This document shows, piece after piece, positions 1-9,097 of a stretch of DNA of 64,000 bases. The translations under genes were made by a program, and so were the position numbers. Every line of letters starts with the position of its first letter. Positions within the stretch are counted from its first letter, which is position 1. The notes beneath the pieces were generated by a model. That model was not told the DNA's origin, made no database searches, and saw nothing but the letters and a program-made list of their open reading frames with translations. This DNA comes from a virus (lineage: Duplodnaviria; Caudoviricetes), in the IMG/VR virus record IMGVR_UViG_2513237213_000004, positions 1-64,000 of that record, one strand, 5' to 3'.

Positions 1-762
1 ATGATTACAGTAGTTATCAGCAATAAGAAGGGCGGCGTTGGCAAAACAACCACGGCATATAACCTTGCAGCCGGATTAAGAAAAAGAGGTAAGTCCGTCC
101 TGGCTATTGATCTTGATCCACAGTGTTCCCTCACGAAGTTCTGCGGAGTAAACAAAAATGGCCCTACGTCCTTCGGCGTTATTACCAAAGAAGTAAACAT
201 CAATTCTGCGATTCTTAAACTGGAATTCTTTGACCTTATCCCTGGCAGCCCTCTACTGAACAGTGCTGACCAAAACTTACCAGAGTCCGTCAATAAACTT
301 ATGCGAATTCGTGAAGCACTCTCTGAACTGGCCACAGATTATGACTACTGCATCATGGACAATGCCCCGGCTCTCGGCGTGGTCACTGTCAACGCATACA
401 TGGCCACGGATTATGTGGTAATCCCCGCAGAGGCCAACGAACTTTCCACAGACGGTATCGCCAATGTATTTGAATCCGTACTTGATGTTCGGAAATATGT
501 AAATCCCAATATTCAAATTGCTGGTATCCTGCTCACGAGATTCAAGCCCAATACTGTACTGAACAGAGAATATACCGATATATTCAATGAATTGGCCAAA
601 GGCATGGGAACCAAAGTGTTTAAAACGGCAATCCGTGAAAACGTTAATCTCGCAGAACTGCCATCTATCCATGTGCCTATCTTCGACTATAAGCCGAATT
701 CCACCGGAGCCGAAGATTATAATAAGTTCATCGATGAATTTATCAAAGGAGTAGAAAAATAA
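1..762 (+). CDS. parA: ParA/Soj family partition ATPase
   Basis: Deviant Walker A KKGGVGKTT, DLDPQ, D-x-AP Walker B region, 253 aa with no N-terminal HTH (type Ib). Confidence 0.95.
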   Translation: MITVVISNKKGGVGKTTTAYNLAAGLRKRGKSVLAIDLDPQCSLTKFCGVNKNGPTSFGVITKEVNINSAILKLEFFDLIPGSPLLNSADQNLPESVNKLMRIREALSELATDYDYCIMDNAPALGVVTVNAYMATDYVVIPAEANELSTDGIANVFESVLDVRKYVNPNIQIAGILLTRFKPNTVLNREYTDIFNELAKGMGTKVFKTAIRENVNLAELPSIHVPIFDYKPNSTGAEDYNKFIDEFIKGVEK

Positions 763-1151
763 TGCCAATCAATAGAAGCGAACAATTCCACAAGCGGAAA
801 TCCGATGCGTTGCGGCAGATAACAGGAGCCATAGAAAAAGCCAAAGAAGCCCCGGAGCCGGAAATCGTAGAAGCGCTCAAAGATGCGTCTGCTCCTTCCA
901 CGCCTATCATTAAAGCACCTCCGGCCAAACCGCAGATTAAACAGGAACCACCAAAGGAAGAAAACAAAGAACGTCGTGATAAACGTGTGACTCTTTATCT
1001 CACCCAGGACGAATATGATATGTTCCGCGAACAGGCATATCGCCGCCACAAGAAGCTGAATGAGGTCATCGTAACCGCTGCGAAGAAAAACATCGGCAGA
1101 CCTCCTGCTCCACCGAAGAAATTTATCGAGGAAACAGAGGAAAATCAATAA
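762..1151 (+). CDS. Ribbon-helix-helix partition adaptor (type Ib ParB/ParG/omega-like)
   Basis: Coupled to parA; Pro/Lys-rich flexible N-terminus then RHH-like KRVTLYLTQDEYDMFREQAYRRHKKLNEVIVTAAKK. Confidence 0.75.
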   Translation: MPINRSEQFHKRKSDALRQITGAIEKAKEAPEPEIVEALKDASAPSTPIIKAPPAKPQIKQEPPKEENKERRDKRVTLYLTQDEYDMFREQAYRRHKKLNEVIVTAAKKNIGRPPAPPKKFIEETEENQ

Positions 1152-1162
1152 AATAAGCCTTC

Positions 1163-1203
1163 AAGCCCATAGGCGCTCTCACGCTTCGCCTACGGGCTTT
1201 TTC
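1163..1203 (+). terminator. Intrinsic terminator after parAB (also left part of dispersed repeat A)
   Basis: aagcccataggcg / cgcctacgggctt stem followed by T run. Confidence 0.75.
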
Positions 1204-1265
1204 TATGCAATGCAATAGTTTATATAGGAATGATATTTCACGGCCCTTCACGGCAATCCTACGCG
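1163..1265 (+). repeat. Dispersed quasi-palindromic element copy A
   Basis: Core gcaatagtttatatagg at 1212-1228, identical (rev-comp) to 28953-28969; hairpin nearly identical to 54368-54410. Confidence 0.7.
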
Positions 1266-1278
1266 GTCATGTTTTACA

Positions 1279-1326
1279 ACGTTATAATTGTATACATGTG
1301 TAATGGTATAATGGCATAACAAGGTA
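1279..1326. repeat. Octamer tandem array 1 (candidate parS/centromere)
   Basis: acgttata attgtata catgtgta atggtata atggcata acaaggta, period 8. Confidence 0.75.
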
Positions 1327-1433
1327 AGCATTATTTTTTCAGTGAATTCATTTCTTGGAATCCATGTTATTTGTTATCTTTTAATTGTAAAAGTAAACGC
1401 CAGTGCCAAAAAATATGGCAGAAAGGATTTCAA

Positions 1434-1712
1434 ATGGAAAGTTACGCTTTAATCGTAAAGACCGCCTGGGCAGCTCTGATGCACGGAACCTGGGGGCAAG
1501 TCGGCGAGGTCATTATTTTAGGAATTGGCCTTCTGTTAGTTGACAAACTGTGTACGATAATCCGCTACGGTGTTTATCTGCTTATCTTCATTGATATCGT
1601 CGTAGCAATGGTCTATCTATGTCAGCCCAGGAAGCGGAGAAGGGCGATTATCTGTATAATCGTTCTCATATTCATCATCGCACTGTATTATTACCTATCC
1701 CAAAAAGGGTAA
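1434..1712 (+). CDS. Small multi-TM membrane protein (moron-like), hypothetical
   Basis: SD gaaagga before ATG 1434; hydrophobic segments; convergent terminator downstream. Confidence 0.6.
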   Translation: MESYALIVKTAWAALMHGTWGQVGEVIILGIGLLLVDKLCTIIRYGVYLLIFIDIVVAMVYLCQPRKRRRAIICIIVLIFIIALYYYLSQKG

Positions 1713-1719
1713 AAACGAG

Positions 1720-1752
1720 AAAGCGCAGGAGCATCATAGCCCCTGCGTTTTT
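1720..1752. terminator. Bidirectional intrinsic terminator
   Basis: aaagcgcagg...cctgcgtttttt between convergent genes. Confidence 0.65.
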
Positions 1753-4700
1753 TATGCGGTCACAAGTTGCGCATCGATGATAATGCCTTTGTTGCTGCGG
1801 ATAAATTCATAAGTCAATCCTTTGGCCACTTTGATTCCCCGCTGCCAACCGCGATATCTATCATAGTATTTATCTTTGTTCCATGCCGATGCAAATACAA
1901 TGCCATCGAATTCACCGTATGGCGTATCGAATATCAGCTTGGCCATAGTTTTTCCTCGCTTATCCTGGAACTCATAGACGCTCTTGGCCACCCCCGTAAG
2001 CACCTTTGGAAGTGACGAGAAGGAAAAGGACAACACGGAAATTTCACCGGCAATCTTATCATACTTCTTTGCTGCGGACTCCTTGAAATCCACATCAGCC
2101 AACTTTGCCTGCCACTGGTCAATCATGCGTTGTGCCTTGGCCCGGCCCTTATCATCTATGGCCATGTCATATTGGTCCTGGTAATACTCAATGCGTTCCT
2201 CACAATGAGCCTTGCGCTGCAAGATTTCCTTGGTGGATTGCAGATTGGCCAGCATCCAGCCTCGGTCTTTCCCCAGGTAATCCAGTGCCCCGGCCTTGAT
2301 AAGCCCCTCGGTAATTAACTTATTATTGGCTCCGGCCACCGTATGCCAATCATTGCTCTGGACCAGCGTAAGGTTCGCCCCTACGCCTTTGATATAACAT
2401 AAGCCGACACGGATCGCATCGCCTTCCACGGCCCATTTACGGTTGCCCTTGGATAAATCCGGAGGAAGCAGCTTGATGCCCATACGCTTACATTCTTCGA
2501 TATACGGCAAGAGTTTCTTGTGGTCCGTCCGGGAATTAAGCAAAGCGCACATGTATTGGACCGGGAAATGCGTTTTGAGAAACGCGGTCTTATATGAGAG
2601 TTTAGCATAGGATACCGCGTGGCTGCGGTTGAATACATACCGGCCAGCGGCTTCAATCTGCGCTGCCACCGCCGCTGCTACCTCATGTGAATAACCGTTG
2701 GCCTCACATGCGGCAATGAAATCAGCCACGGCAGCCTTGATTTTCGTGAGCTCTTTTCGCCCAATGACTTTACGGAGGGCATCAGCTTGACCAAGGTCGT
2801 ACCCGGCCATCTTCATGGAGATAAGCATAATCTGTTCTTGGTACACCAGAACGCCATATGTTTTCCCTGCGATTTCCTTCATGGCCTCGCAAGGATATTC
2901 CACGGTAATCTTGCCGTTCTTAGCATCGACATATTGTTGAAGCATACCAGAGTCAATCGGCCCCGGACGATACAAGGCAACCAGCACGGCCAGGTCATCA
3001 AAGCGATTCGGCTTCAATTCCTGGGCAACTTTCTGCATCCCAGGGGACTCCATTTGGAATATACCCGTAGTATGGCCACCGGCGTATACCTCGTATGTAG
3101 CCTTGTCGTTCATGGGGATAGATTCAAGGGAAAGCGGAATTTTGATTGCGGAAAGGCACTCGTCGATAATATCCAACGTGCGCAGGCCCAAGATGTCCAA
3201 CTTCAAGAGGCCCATGGCTTCCAGTGTGTGATATTCAAAGGCGGCCACACGCACATACTCGCGCTTACCAGTGGACGTATCTGTGGAAGTGCAGCCTTCT
3301 ACCGGACAATATTTTTCTACGGCATCCGGAGTAACCAGGATTGCCGATGCGTGAACCCCCATCTTATCAATGCGACCAGCGAAATGCTGCGACACATCAA
3401 GGAGACGTTCACGTTCTTCCTGGCTGAAAGCACTGTTTATCGTGAGGATTTCGTCGAGGGATTCTTGCAGGTCCTTAGTTACCACGAGCACCCTTTCCCT
3501 GGTCCATCGCATACCAGTGTCCTGCTTGTCCCTTTTACGACGGTCAACCTCTGCGCGTTCTTCCTCGGTCAATGACAGATATTCTTCTTTCTCCAATGCC
3601 TGCTGCGCCCGAAGAACCGCCTGTTTACCAACATCGGGTTTGTCGGGATTTTTGGTATAGCCATACGTCGTAACCTTGTAGACTGTACCGTAATGTTCCC
3701 GGATATAATCAATGATTTTCCCTCGATTATCCGTGGATACGTCTGTATCGATATCCGCCGGGCTTTGTCTCTGTGGATTACAAAAGCGGAAAAATGCGGT
3801 ATCGTATTTGATACTATCGACTTTATGAAAGCCCATGAGGTAACCAATGAGGCACCCGGCAGCAGAACCACGGCCTTCGCCAACGGGGATATTATTCTTT
3901 ACGCACCAGTTTACCAGGTCCCAGATGATAAGCAGGTAATTGAGATAGTTGGCTTTTTTGAGGTCAACCATTTCTTTTTCAAAGCGTTCCCCGTACTCCT
4001 TGTACTTGCCTTTAGGAACCTTGGCCCGCCAATTCTCTCGGCAGATTTCCCGGATAACTTCTTCGGCATCGCGCTCTGTGTACGTCGGATAGTGCATACC
4101 GCCGAATTCAATGGTTACATTGCAGCGCTCGGCAATGGCGGAGGTATTCGCAATGGCTTCCTCTTTCACATCGTCCGGTATCCAGAGCGTTTCCCGGATT
4201 TCCTGCTCGGACCAGAGATAGTTTTCGTTATCATGGTATCCATTGCCATGAATTTGCAGCCACAAGAAATGATAGGGCTCGTCCTCGGCCTTGGCATAAT
4301 GAGCATCCGTAGTGACCACCAGAGGGACGTTGTGCTTCCTGGCCAGACCAATGACCTTATCGTTGTATTCCCATTGCCGGTCAATGTTCAATGGCTGGAT
4401 TTCAGCGTAGAACCTGTCCCCAAAGATTTCCTTGAACTTTACAAACCAATCCTCGCCGGTATCCGTATTGACGATGGAAGCCATGCACGCGGACAGACAA
4501 ATTACCCCCCCACTATGCTTTCGCAGGTCTGATTCGTCGATACGCGGTTTGTAGAACATGTGGTCCTCGCGGTAAGCGATGGAGTCCAGTTCTTTGAGGT
4601 TCCTGTACCCTTCCTCGTTCATAGCCAAGAGAACCAAATGGTGCGTGAAGGAACGGTCACGGATGCTTACGTCTGGGCAAAAGTAGAACTCGCAGCCGAT

Positions 4701-4883
4701 GATAGGCTTGATATCCTGGGCCACACATTCCCGGTAAAATTCTACGATACCACGCATAGTCCCATGATCTGTGAGGGCCACCGCAGTCTGGCCAAGTTCC
4801 TTCACCCGGCCAACAAGTTCTTTCATAGTCTGATACCCGTCCATGATTGAAAAATCCGTGTGGTTATGGAGCGAAATATACAT
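1752..4883 (-). CDS. dnaE: DNA polymerase III alpha subunit (family C, DnaE-type)
   Basis: PHP domain LHNHTDFS...ALTDHG, GRGSAAG, PADIDTD, KMGVHASA, KLDILGL, FQMES, LYRPGP, FNRSHA motifs. Confidence 0.97.
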   Translation of the reverse strand: MYISLHNHTDFSIMDGYQTMKELVGRVKELGQTAVALTDHGTMRGIVEFYRECVAQDIKPIIGCEFYFCPDVSIRDRSFTHHLVLLAMNEEGYRNLKELDSIAYREDHMFYKPRIDESDLRKHSGGVICLSACMASIVNTDTGEDWFVKFKEIFGDRFYAEIQPLNIDRQWEYNDKVIGLARKHNVPLVVTTDAHYAKAEDEPYHFLWLQIHGNGYHDNENYLWSEQEIRETLWIPDDVKEEAIANTSAIAERCNVTIEFGGMHYPTYTERDAEEVIREICRENWRAKVPKGKYKEYGERFEKEMVDLKKANYLNYLLIIWDLVNWCVKNNIPVGEGRGSAAGCLIGYLMGFHKVDSIKYDTAFFRFCNPQRQSPADIDTDVSTDNRGKIIDYIREHYGTVYKVTTYGYTKNPDKPDVGKQAVLRAQQALEKEEYLSLTEEERAEVDRRKRDKQDTGMRWTRERVLVVTKDLQESLDEILTINSAFSQEERERLLDVSQHFAGRIDKMGVHASAILVTPDAVEKYCPVEGCTSTDTSTGKREYVRVAAFEYHTLEAMGLLKLDILGLRTLDIIDECLSAIKIPLSLESIPMNDKATYEVYAGGHTTGIFQMESPGMQKVAQELKPNRFDDLAVLVALYRPGPIDSGMLQQYVDAKNGKITVEYPCEAMKEIAGKTYGVLVYQEQIMLISMKMAGYDLGQADALRKVIGRKELTKIKAAVADFIAACEANGYSHEVAAAVAAQIEAAGRYVFNRSHAVSYAKLSYKTAFLKTHFPVQYMCALLNSRTDHKKLLPYIEECKRMGIKLLPPDLSKGNRKWAVEGDAIRVGLCYIKGVGANLTLVQSNDWHTVAGANNKLITEGLIKAGALDYLGKDRGWMLANLQSTKEILQRKAHCEERIEYYQDQYDMAIDDKGRAKAQRMIDQWQAKLADVDFKESAAKKYDKIAGEISVLSFSFSSLPKVLTGVAKSVYEFQDKRGKTMAKLIFDTPYGEFDGIVFASAWNKDKYYDRYRGWQRGIKVAKGLTYEFIRSNKGIIIDAQLVTA

Positions 4884-4899
4884 ATTGAATTACCTCCGT

Positions 4900-5115
4900 T
4901 TATGCTTCAAGGTCTAATGTATAATCCGCGACAGTAACTTTGACTCTTTCATCAGGAGTGTCGCCACCGGTCAAATTATCTTCCATGGTTTCCTTTAATA
5001 TCCCAGGTAATGTTTCATCCTCTTTTGCCCTGACAAAACCCTCGATAATTTCCTTGTCAGCCTCGTTATCAAAATGCTCATTGATTTCAACTTCGTACTT
5101 GATGCTTAACTTCAT
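4900..5115 (-). CDS. Hypothetical protein
   Basis: 71-aa ORF with SD gaggt, co-oriented upstream of dnaE. Confidence 0.7.
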   Translation of the reverse strand: MKLSIKYEVEINEHFDNEADKEIIEGFVRAKEDETLPGILKETMEDNLTGGDTPDERVKVTVADYTLDLEA

Positions 5116-5149
5116 TTGCTATACCTCGATTCTTCTGTGTAATATCTTG

Positions 5150-5190
5150 ACAACACAATATATTCTACTCTCGTTAAATATAATTGTCAA
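5150..5190 (-). promoter_or_regulatory. Sigma70 promoter of dnaE operon with flanking TTGACAA/TTGTCAA inverted repeat
   Basis: TTGACA-17-TAGAAT; near-identical to promoter at 41531-41566. Confidence 0.8.
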
Positions 5191-5241
5191 GTGATAAAAA
5201 AAGGAGTCACTGGCAGCATAAAAATACCAGTGACTCCATGG

Positions 5242-5427
5242 TTAATCATTCGGCAATATAGATTTTTCGATGAAATCCAGGGTTTCATTGTCAACCCATT
5301 GGCTCTTGGATTTCCCGATATAGACCAGGGAAATATTCTTGTGCGTCGATGCGATGACTCCGGTGACTCTTTTTCCCGTTTCCCGGTCATAAATAGGAAC
5401 CGTAGCTCCAACGTTGTATGCTCTCAT
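5242..5427 (-). CDS. Hypothetical protein
   Basis: 61-aa ORF with SD gaggtg in minus-strand run. Confidence 0.6.
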   Translation of the reverse strand: MRAYNVGATVPIYDRETGKRVTGVIASTHKNISLVYIGKSKSQWVDNETLDFIEKSILPND

Positions 5428-5441
5428 TTTGCACCTCGCTT

Positions 5442-5651
5442 TCAGATTTCCAAGGCCAGCGATGGACTAGGGATATGCCCCATGCTATTCCACGCTGACA
5501 GGAACCGGAACAACTTATTTGTGTCCTCCGCAGCCTCGCGGGGAACATACGAGATAATATTCGGTACAGAACGCTGCTCTCTAAGCTGAATTTTCTCGAT
5601 CTGTTCTGCAATATCATTGATAATCATAGTTTCATAGGTCCTTTCGTACAT
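5442..5651 (-). CDS. Hypothetical protein
   Basis: 69-aa ORF in minus-strand run. Confidence 0.55.
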   Translation of the reverse strand: MYERTYETMIINDIAEQIEKIQLREQRSVPNIISYVPREAAEDTNKLFRFLSAWNSMGHIPSPSLALEI

Positions 5652-5689
5652 TTTTAAGGGGTTTTCCTCTGTAACACTCTAGGAGCACT

Positions 5690-5745
5690 TACACCGTTAT
5701 AATGGTATAACGCTATACAATTACACCATTACGCCATTATAACGC
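5690..5745. repeat. Octamer tandem array 2 (candidate parS/centromere)
   Basis: tacaccgt tataatgg tataacgc tatacaat tacaccat tacgccat tataacgc. Confidence 0.8.
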
Positions 5746-5754
5746 TCTTATAGG

Positions 5755-5928
5755 TCATTTTAGGCGTTCATTTTTATAAACTATCGGTAAATCATCCCTT
5801 AACCGGTAGATTTCTCTATGACACCTCTCGATTTCCTTCTGGTAACTCAATGCCACGCCTCGGATAATCCATAGCATCATCCAGGACAGGACAAGGAACG
5901 CACCAAGGAACAAATCTATGGTATCCAT
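5755..5928 (-). CDS. Small membrane-anchored protein (57 aa, not in ORF track)
   Basis: Manual translation MDTIDLFLGAFLVLSWMMLWIIRGVALSYQKEIERCHREIYRLRDDLPIVYKNERLK; directly follows antirepressor stop. Confidence 0.6.
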   Translation of the reverse strand: MDTIDLFLGAFLVLSWMMLWIIRGVALSYQKEIERCHREIYRLRDDLPIVYKNERLK

Positions 5929-5929
5929 G

Positions 5930-7090
5930 TTATGCCCTCGCTAAATCCTTCTGATTTCCCTGGATTTTCTTTAATTCTTCTTCGACACGCATACGGCCCT
6001 TGACTGTGAAATAATCACGAGTAATACCAGGAATAGCATCTTTAGTTTCCATATATCCCTCGGTAACTACCCATTTGTAAGCCTTGTAGCCATTGCCCTG
6101 CTTATAGCGCCAACCAAGAACATCGTCAACAACGTAACGCAGCAGATTTTCTTTGACATTCAATTCTTTTGCCAGGGCTCTTATTCCAATCAGATGGCCT
6201 TTTTCGATATACTTTGTCGTCTGCTCTGCCAAAGGTGTCAATTCCTTAACCTCGGCGGCCAGGGCCATGCGTTTTTCTTCCTCCTTAATCCACGCCTTTG
6301 CACGTTCAATGGGATCATCAATCATGTAGCTATCCATAGGCTTTACAACGTACTGTCCGGTCTTACGAATTTCTTTGAGAATTTCCTTGACCTTCTTCTT
6401 AAATTGCTTTGCAATGGGCTTGCGACTCTGCATGAGCACTTCATAGAGGCCATCTTCGGTAAGGAACCACATTTCACGGTTTTGACCTGATAGGAAGATT
6501 GTTCCTGTCAGCTTTTCATCTTCATCAACAGTCCTCAACATCCGCGACACATCACGGCTTACTTGCTTGGAATTAGCCCAAGCATAATCAATCCATTCAG
6601 CTACGTCCTTCGCCAAGAACAACGGCTGCTCTACTGTGCCATACATGCGGAACTGTTTACCTAATACTTCCTGTTCGTTGATAACTGCTAATTCATTTTC
6701 CATTTTCGTAACCTCCATAAAATCTTTTTGACGTCTATGTAGCTCCGGGATAACCTCGTCCTTCAAGAAGGAATCTATCGTCCGGCCATTGCAATCCCAC
6801 GATGACGGTTCCATTTGCATGATACCAGCCTCGTTGATAAGGTGTATCTGCATCGCATCGCCATGGATGTCCTCGGTCAGTTCGATGTGGTCAACCAGGC
6901 CAACCACAGGAGATATGACTTTGCCATCTTTGTCCAAAACAAATTTACAATCCGGACTCACATAGTAATCACCGGAGCCATATCCGAACATATCCATGAC
7001 GCTTTCCCGGACTAACCAGATATTGTCCTGGGTAACGATGAACCGGATATTGGAGAATGTTATAACCTTTGATTTAGTCACACTGTACAC
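5930..7090 (-). CDS. Phage antirepressor-like protein: degenerate Bro-N + Bro-N + KilAC/ANT-like C-terminus
   Basis: PLFLAKDVAEWI...FLTEDGLYEVLMQSRKPIAKQFKKKVKEILKEIRKTGQY; C-terminal LIGIRALAKEL...YFTVKG. Confidence 0.85.
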   Translation of the reverse strand: MYSVTKSKVITFSNIRFIVTQDNIWLVRESVMDMFGYGSGDYYVSPDCKFVLDKDGKVISPVVGLVDHIELTEDIHGDAMQIHLINEAGIMQMEPSSWDCNGRTIDSFLKDEVIPELHRRQKDFMEVTKMENELAVINEQEVLGKQFRMYGTVEQPLFLAKDVAEWIDYAWANSKQVSRDVSRMLRTVDEDEKLTGTIFLSGQNREMWFLTEDGLYEVLMQSRKPIAKQFKKKVKEILKEIRKTGQYVVKPMDSYMIDDPIERAKAWIKEEEKRMALAAEVKELTPLAEQTTKYIEKGHLIGIRALAKELNVKENLLRYVVDDVLGWRYKQGNGYKAYKWVVTEGYMETKDAIPGITRDYFTVKGRMRVEEELKKIQGNQKDLARA

Positions 7091-7328
7091 CCTCCGTTAG
7101 TTTCTCAATGGTATCAATGAGTTCTTCGTATTGAGCATGGTCCCCGCGACGATAAATCTTCGCCTTTTCCTTTTGGCTGCAAAAAACAGATTCTACCGTA
7201 GATGCCCCAAGCACGTTCACGCGCCAGGTACATGGGCACTTTGGAATTCTTTGATTATTTCTGTATGACCGGGCAAGTTCAACCCCATGGCCATCTTTTG
7301 TTGTAACAATGTATTTAACATACTTCAT
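7074..7328 (-). CDS. Hypothetical protein (start revised to MKYVKY)
   Basis: SD gaggtt before ATG 7328; the longer ORF start overlaps a consensus promoter. Confidence 0.6.
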   Translation of the reverse strand: MKYVKYIVTTKDGHGVELARSYRNNQRIPKCPCTWRVNVLGASTVESVFCSQKEKAKIYRRGDHAQYEELIDTIEKLTEGVQCD

Positions 7329-7354
7329 TTCTTTTAACCTCTTGTGAAATATTT

Positions 7355-7398
7355 TTGACAACATGTACATTATAGGACTGTTATTTTTATTTGTCAAT
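7355..7398 (-). promoter_or_regulatory. Sigma70 promoter of antirepressor operon with TTGACA/TTGTCAA inverted repeat
   Basis: TTGACA-17-TATAAT then gtacatgttgtcaa. Confidence 0.8.
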
Positions 7399-7413
7399 CG
7401 TTAATCCATAAAA

Positions 7414-7455
7414 ACAAAAAAACGAGGCCACCAAGGATTGCTCCTTAGTAGCCCC
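7414..7455 (-). terminator. Terminator of late tail/lysis transcript
   Basis: ggctactaagga gcaa tccttggtggcc followed by T run on minus strand. Confidence 0.8.
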
Positions 7456-7460
7456 AAAGT

Positions 7461-8033
7461 TTAAAGTAACGCTGCTGCCAAGCCTACTCCGGCCCCGGCA
7501 AGGAAAGACTGAAATTCCCTCTTGTGTCGCTTATGTTTTTCTTTTTTCATATTCTCGGCATGAGTCTTATTTAATGCTTCGGTATTCTCTTTGACCGCAG
7601 CCTGTACCTCCCTGTTAACAATAGGAGTTACATCAAGTACGGCTTCGGATTTCTGCTCTACCTGTAGTTTTCCCTGGTCAAACTTTTGCTTCTCCGTGGT
7701 CAGACCATTGAGTTCCGTTTTTTCGCCATTGTAAGATACCGCGATGGCTGGTGCAGGACTCTCAATCTGCACATCGGCATCCGCAGGAGAATCCTTTTCT
7801 ACATACTTAATCACGGTATCCCCTTTGACTTCCACGGGAATCTGCACTGGAACAGGCTTCTCCACTTCCACAGTCTGTACTTCGGTCTTGGTAACTACAT
7901 TGGCTCCAAAGTGTTTGCAGGCGAACCAACCACCAGCGAACAATGCCATGGCCAGCGCAGCAACACCGATATACTTCGCATGACTTTTGATCCACCGAAG
8001 TACGCCAAAGAAAATCTTACTTACTTTTGCCAT
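7461..8033 (-). CDS. Lysis-cassette membrane protein, spanin-like candidate
   Basis: Follows endolysin; N-terminal basic + hydrophobic segment ending in WFAC, charged middle, C-terminal hydrophobic tail. Confidence 0.45.
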   Translation of the reverse strand: MAKVSKIFFGVLRWIKSHAKYIGVAALAMALFAGGWFACKHFGANVVTKTEVQTVEVEKPVPVQIPVEVKGDTVIKYVEKDSPADADVQIESPAPAIAVSYNGEKTELNGLTTEKQKFDQGKLQVEQKSEAVLDVTPIVNREVQAAVKENTEALNKTHAENMKKEKHKRHKREFQSFLAGAGVGLAAALL

Positions 8034-8039
8034 TCCACA

Positions 8040-8627
8040 TCACTCCTCATTTCTATACCAATTGGCTTTTCCGCGCAATACATCGCCACCACGAGATCCA
8101 TCGGTGGCCCAGGGATTATACTTAGGACTTTCATCGGTCCCCAGATATTCCAGGTCCCAACGCTCCACCGTGGTTTTAGGCCCGTAGCTATCATGCGTCC
8201 ATAGACCGTCCTCGTTATCCGCGGCTTCACCATGCGTCAAAACGTGAGCCTCGTCAATGGTTAACCAGAGTCCATCCGCTACTGCAACAATGGCCTGGGC
8301 CATGGCTTCAATCTGCGCTGCCGTTGGAGGTTCCGGACCAAGGTCAGCAGAGGTAGCGTTATAGCAGCAACACAGAGAAATCCCCACCGCGCCGGTATTT
8401 CTGCGCCAGGTATGAGCCTTGATTTCATCGAGGTCACCGGTTACATAGATTTCACCGTTACCCGTGATATTCACATGATAATCGTCAAAGACGGTTTCAT
8501 AATGTCCAGCGCTCCAATGCAGGTAAATCTTAGGCTCCCTGCCATATTCCTTGGCCTGTGCCCAGATGCTTTCCCTGGCATCCTCGGCCATCTGCCGTAG
8601 TTCTTCAATAGTCACTTTTCTTGCCAT
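8040..8627 (-). CDS. Endolysin, N-acetylmuramoyl-L-alanine amidase (Amidase_2-like)
   Basis: IYLHWSAG, YHVNITGNG, AHTWRRNTGAVGISL, VLTHGE zinc-amidase motifs. Confidence 0.85.
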   Translation of the reverse strand: MARKVTIEELRQMAEDARESIWAQAKEYGREPKIYLHWSAGHYETVFDDYHVNITGNGEIYVTGDLDEIKAHTWRRNTGAVGISLCCCYNATSADLGPEPPTAAQIEAMAQAIVAVADGLWLTIDEAHVLTHGEAADNEDGLWTHDSYGPKTTVERWDLEYLGTDESPKYNPWATDGSRGGDVLRGKANWYRNEE

Positions 8628-8808
8628 ACACATCATCCTTTCCATGCTCTACAACTCCACGAGATAACCACCCTATCAATCCAGAGGCTATCGAAGTCTG
8701 TAAATCCTTGTTTTCTCCAATAAACATAGATAAAAGAAGGGCCAGCACCAGGCCAGCCCCTACAATCTTATCCAATGTTATCCAGCGCAAAAGCGTTGCA
8801 TATTTCAT
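8605..8808 (-). CDS. Putative holin
   Basis: Two hydrophobic segments; immediately upstream of amidase; start revised to MKYATLL. Confidence 0.55.
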   Translation of the reverse strand: MKYATLLRWITLDKIVGAGLVLALLLSMFIGENKDLQTSIASGLIGWLSRGVVEHGKDDVYGKKSDY

Positions 8809-9050
8809 CGCATTACCACCCCCGCAATAGCTATGGCCACCGCGATTGCCCAAGCAATAAATTCGCGGACACCAAAGACTTTTGCCGACGATTCCTCTAG
8901 CTTACCAAGCCTTTCATCGTGCTCGTCAATGATTGCCCTTAAACGGGTATTTTCTGTTTCCTGGGTAACTAACATTGTTTCAATACGAGCAATTCTTTCG
9001 GAAACCTCTGATAGTTTCTCATAAAGTTTAATAACTTGTTCGTCGGTCAT
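8805..9050 (-). CDS. Holin/XhlA-like protein (coiled coil + C-terminal TM)
   Basis: Coiled coil then FIAWAIAVAIAIAGVVMR; lysis cassette position. Confidence 0.6.
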   Translation of the reverse strand: MTDEQVIKLYEKLSEVSERIARIETMLVTQETENTRLRAIIDEHDERLGKLEESSAKVFGVREFIAWAIAVAIAIAGVVMR

Positions 9051-9097
9051 TTACATACTTCCCATTCCAAGATTTTACCATTAACATCACCTCGTTT

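Noticed and set aside
1752-4883. Inteins or introns in DnaE (also checked TerL and NrdJ)
   Set aside because: Lengths are normal and conserved motifs are contiguous; no splice-junction motifs seen
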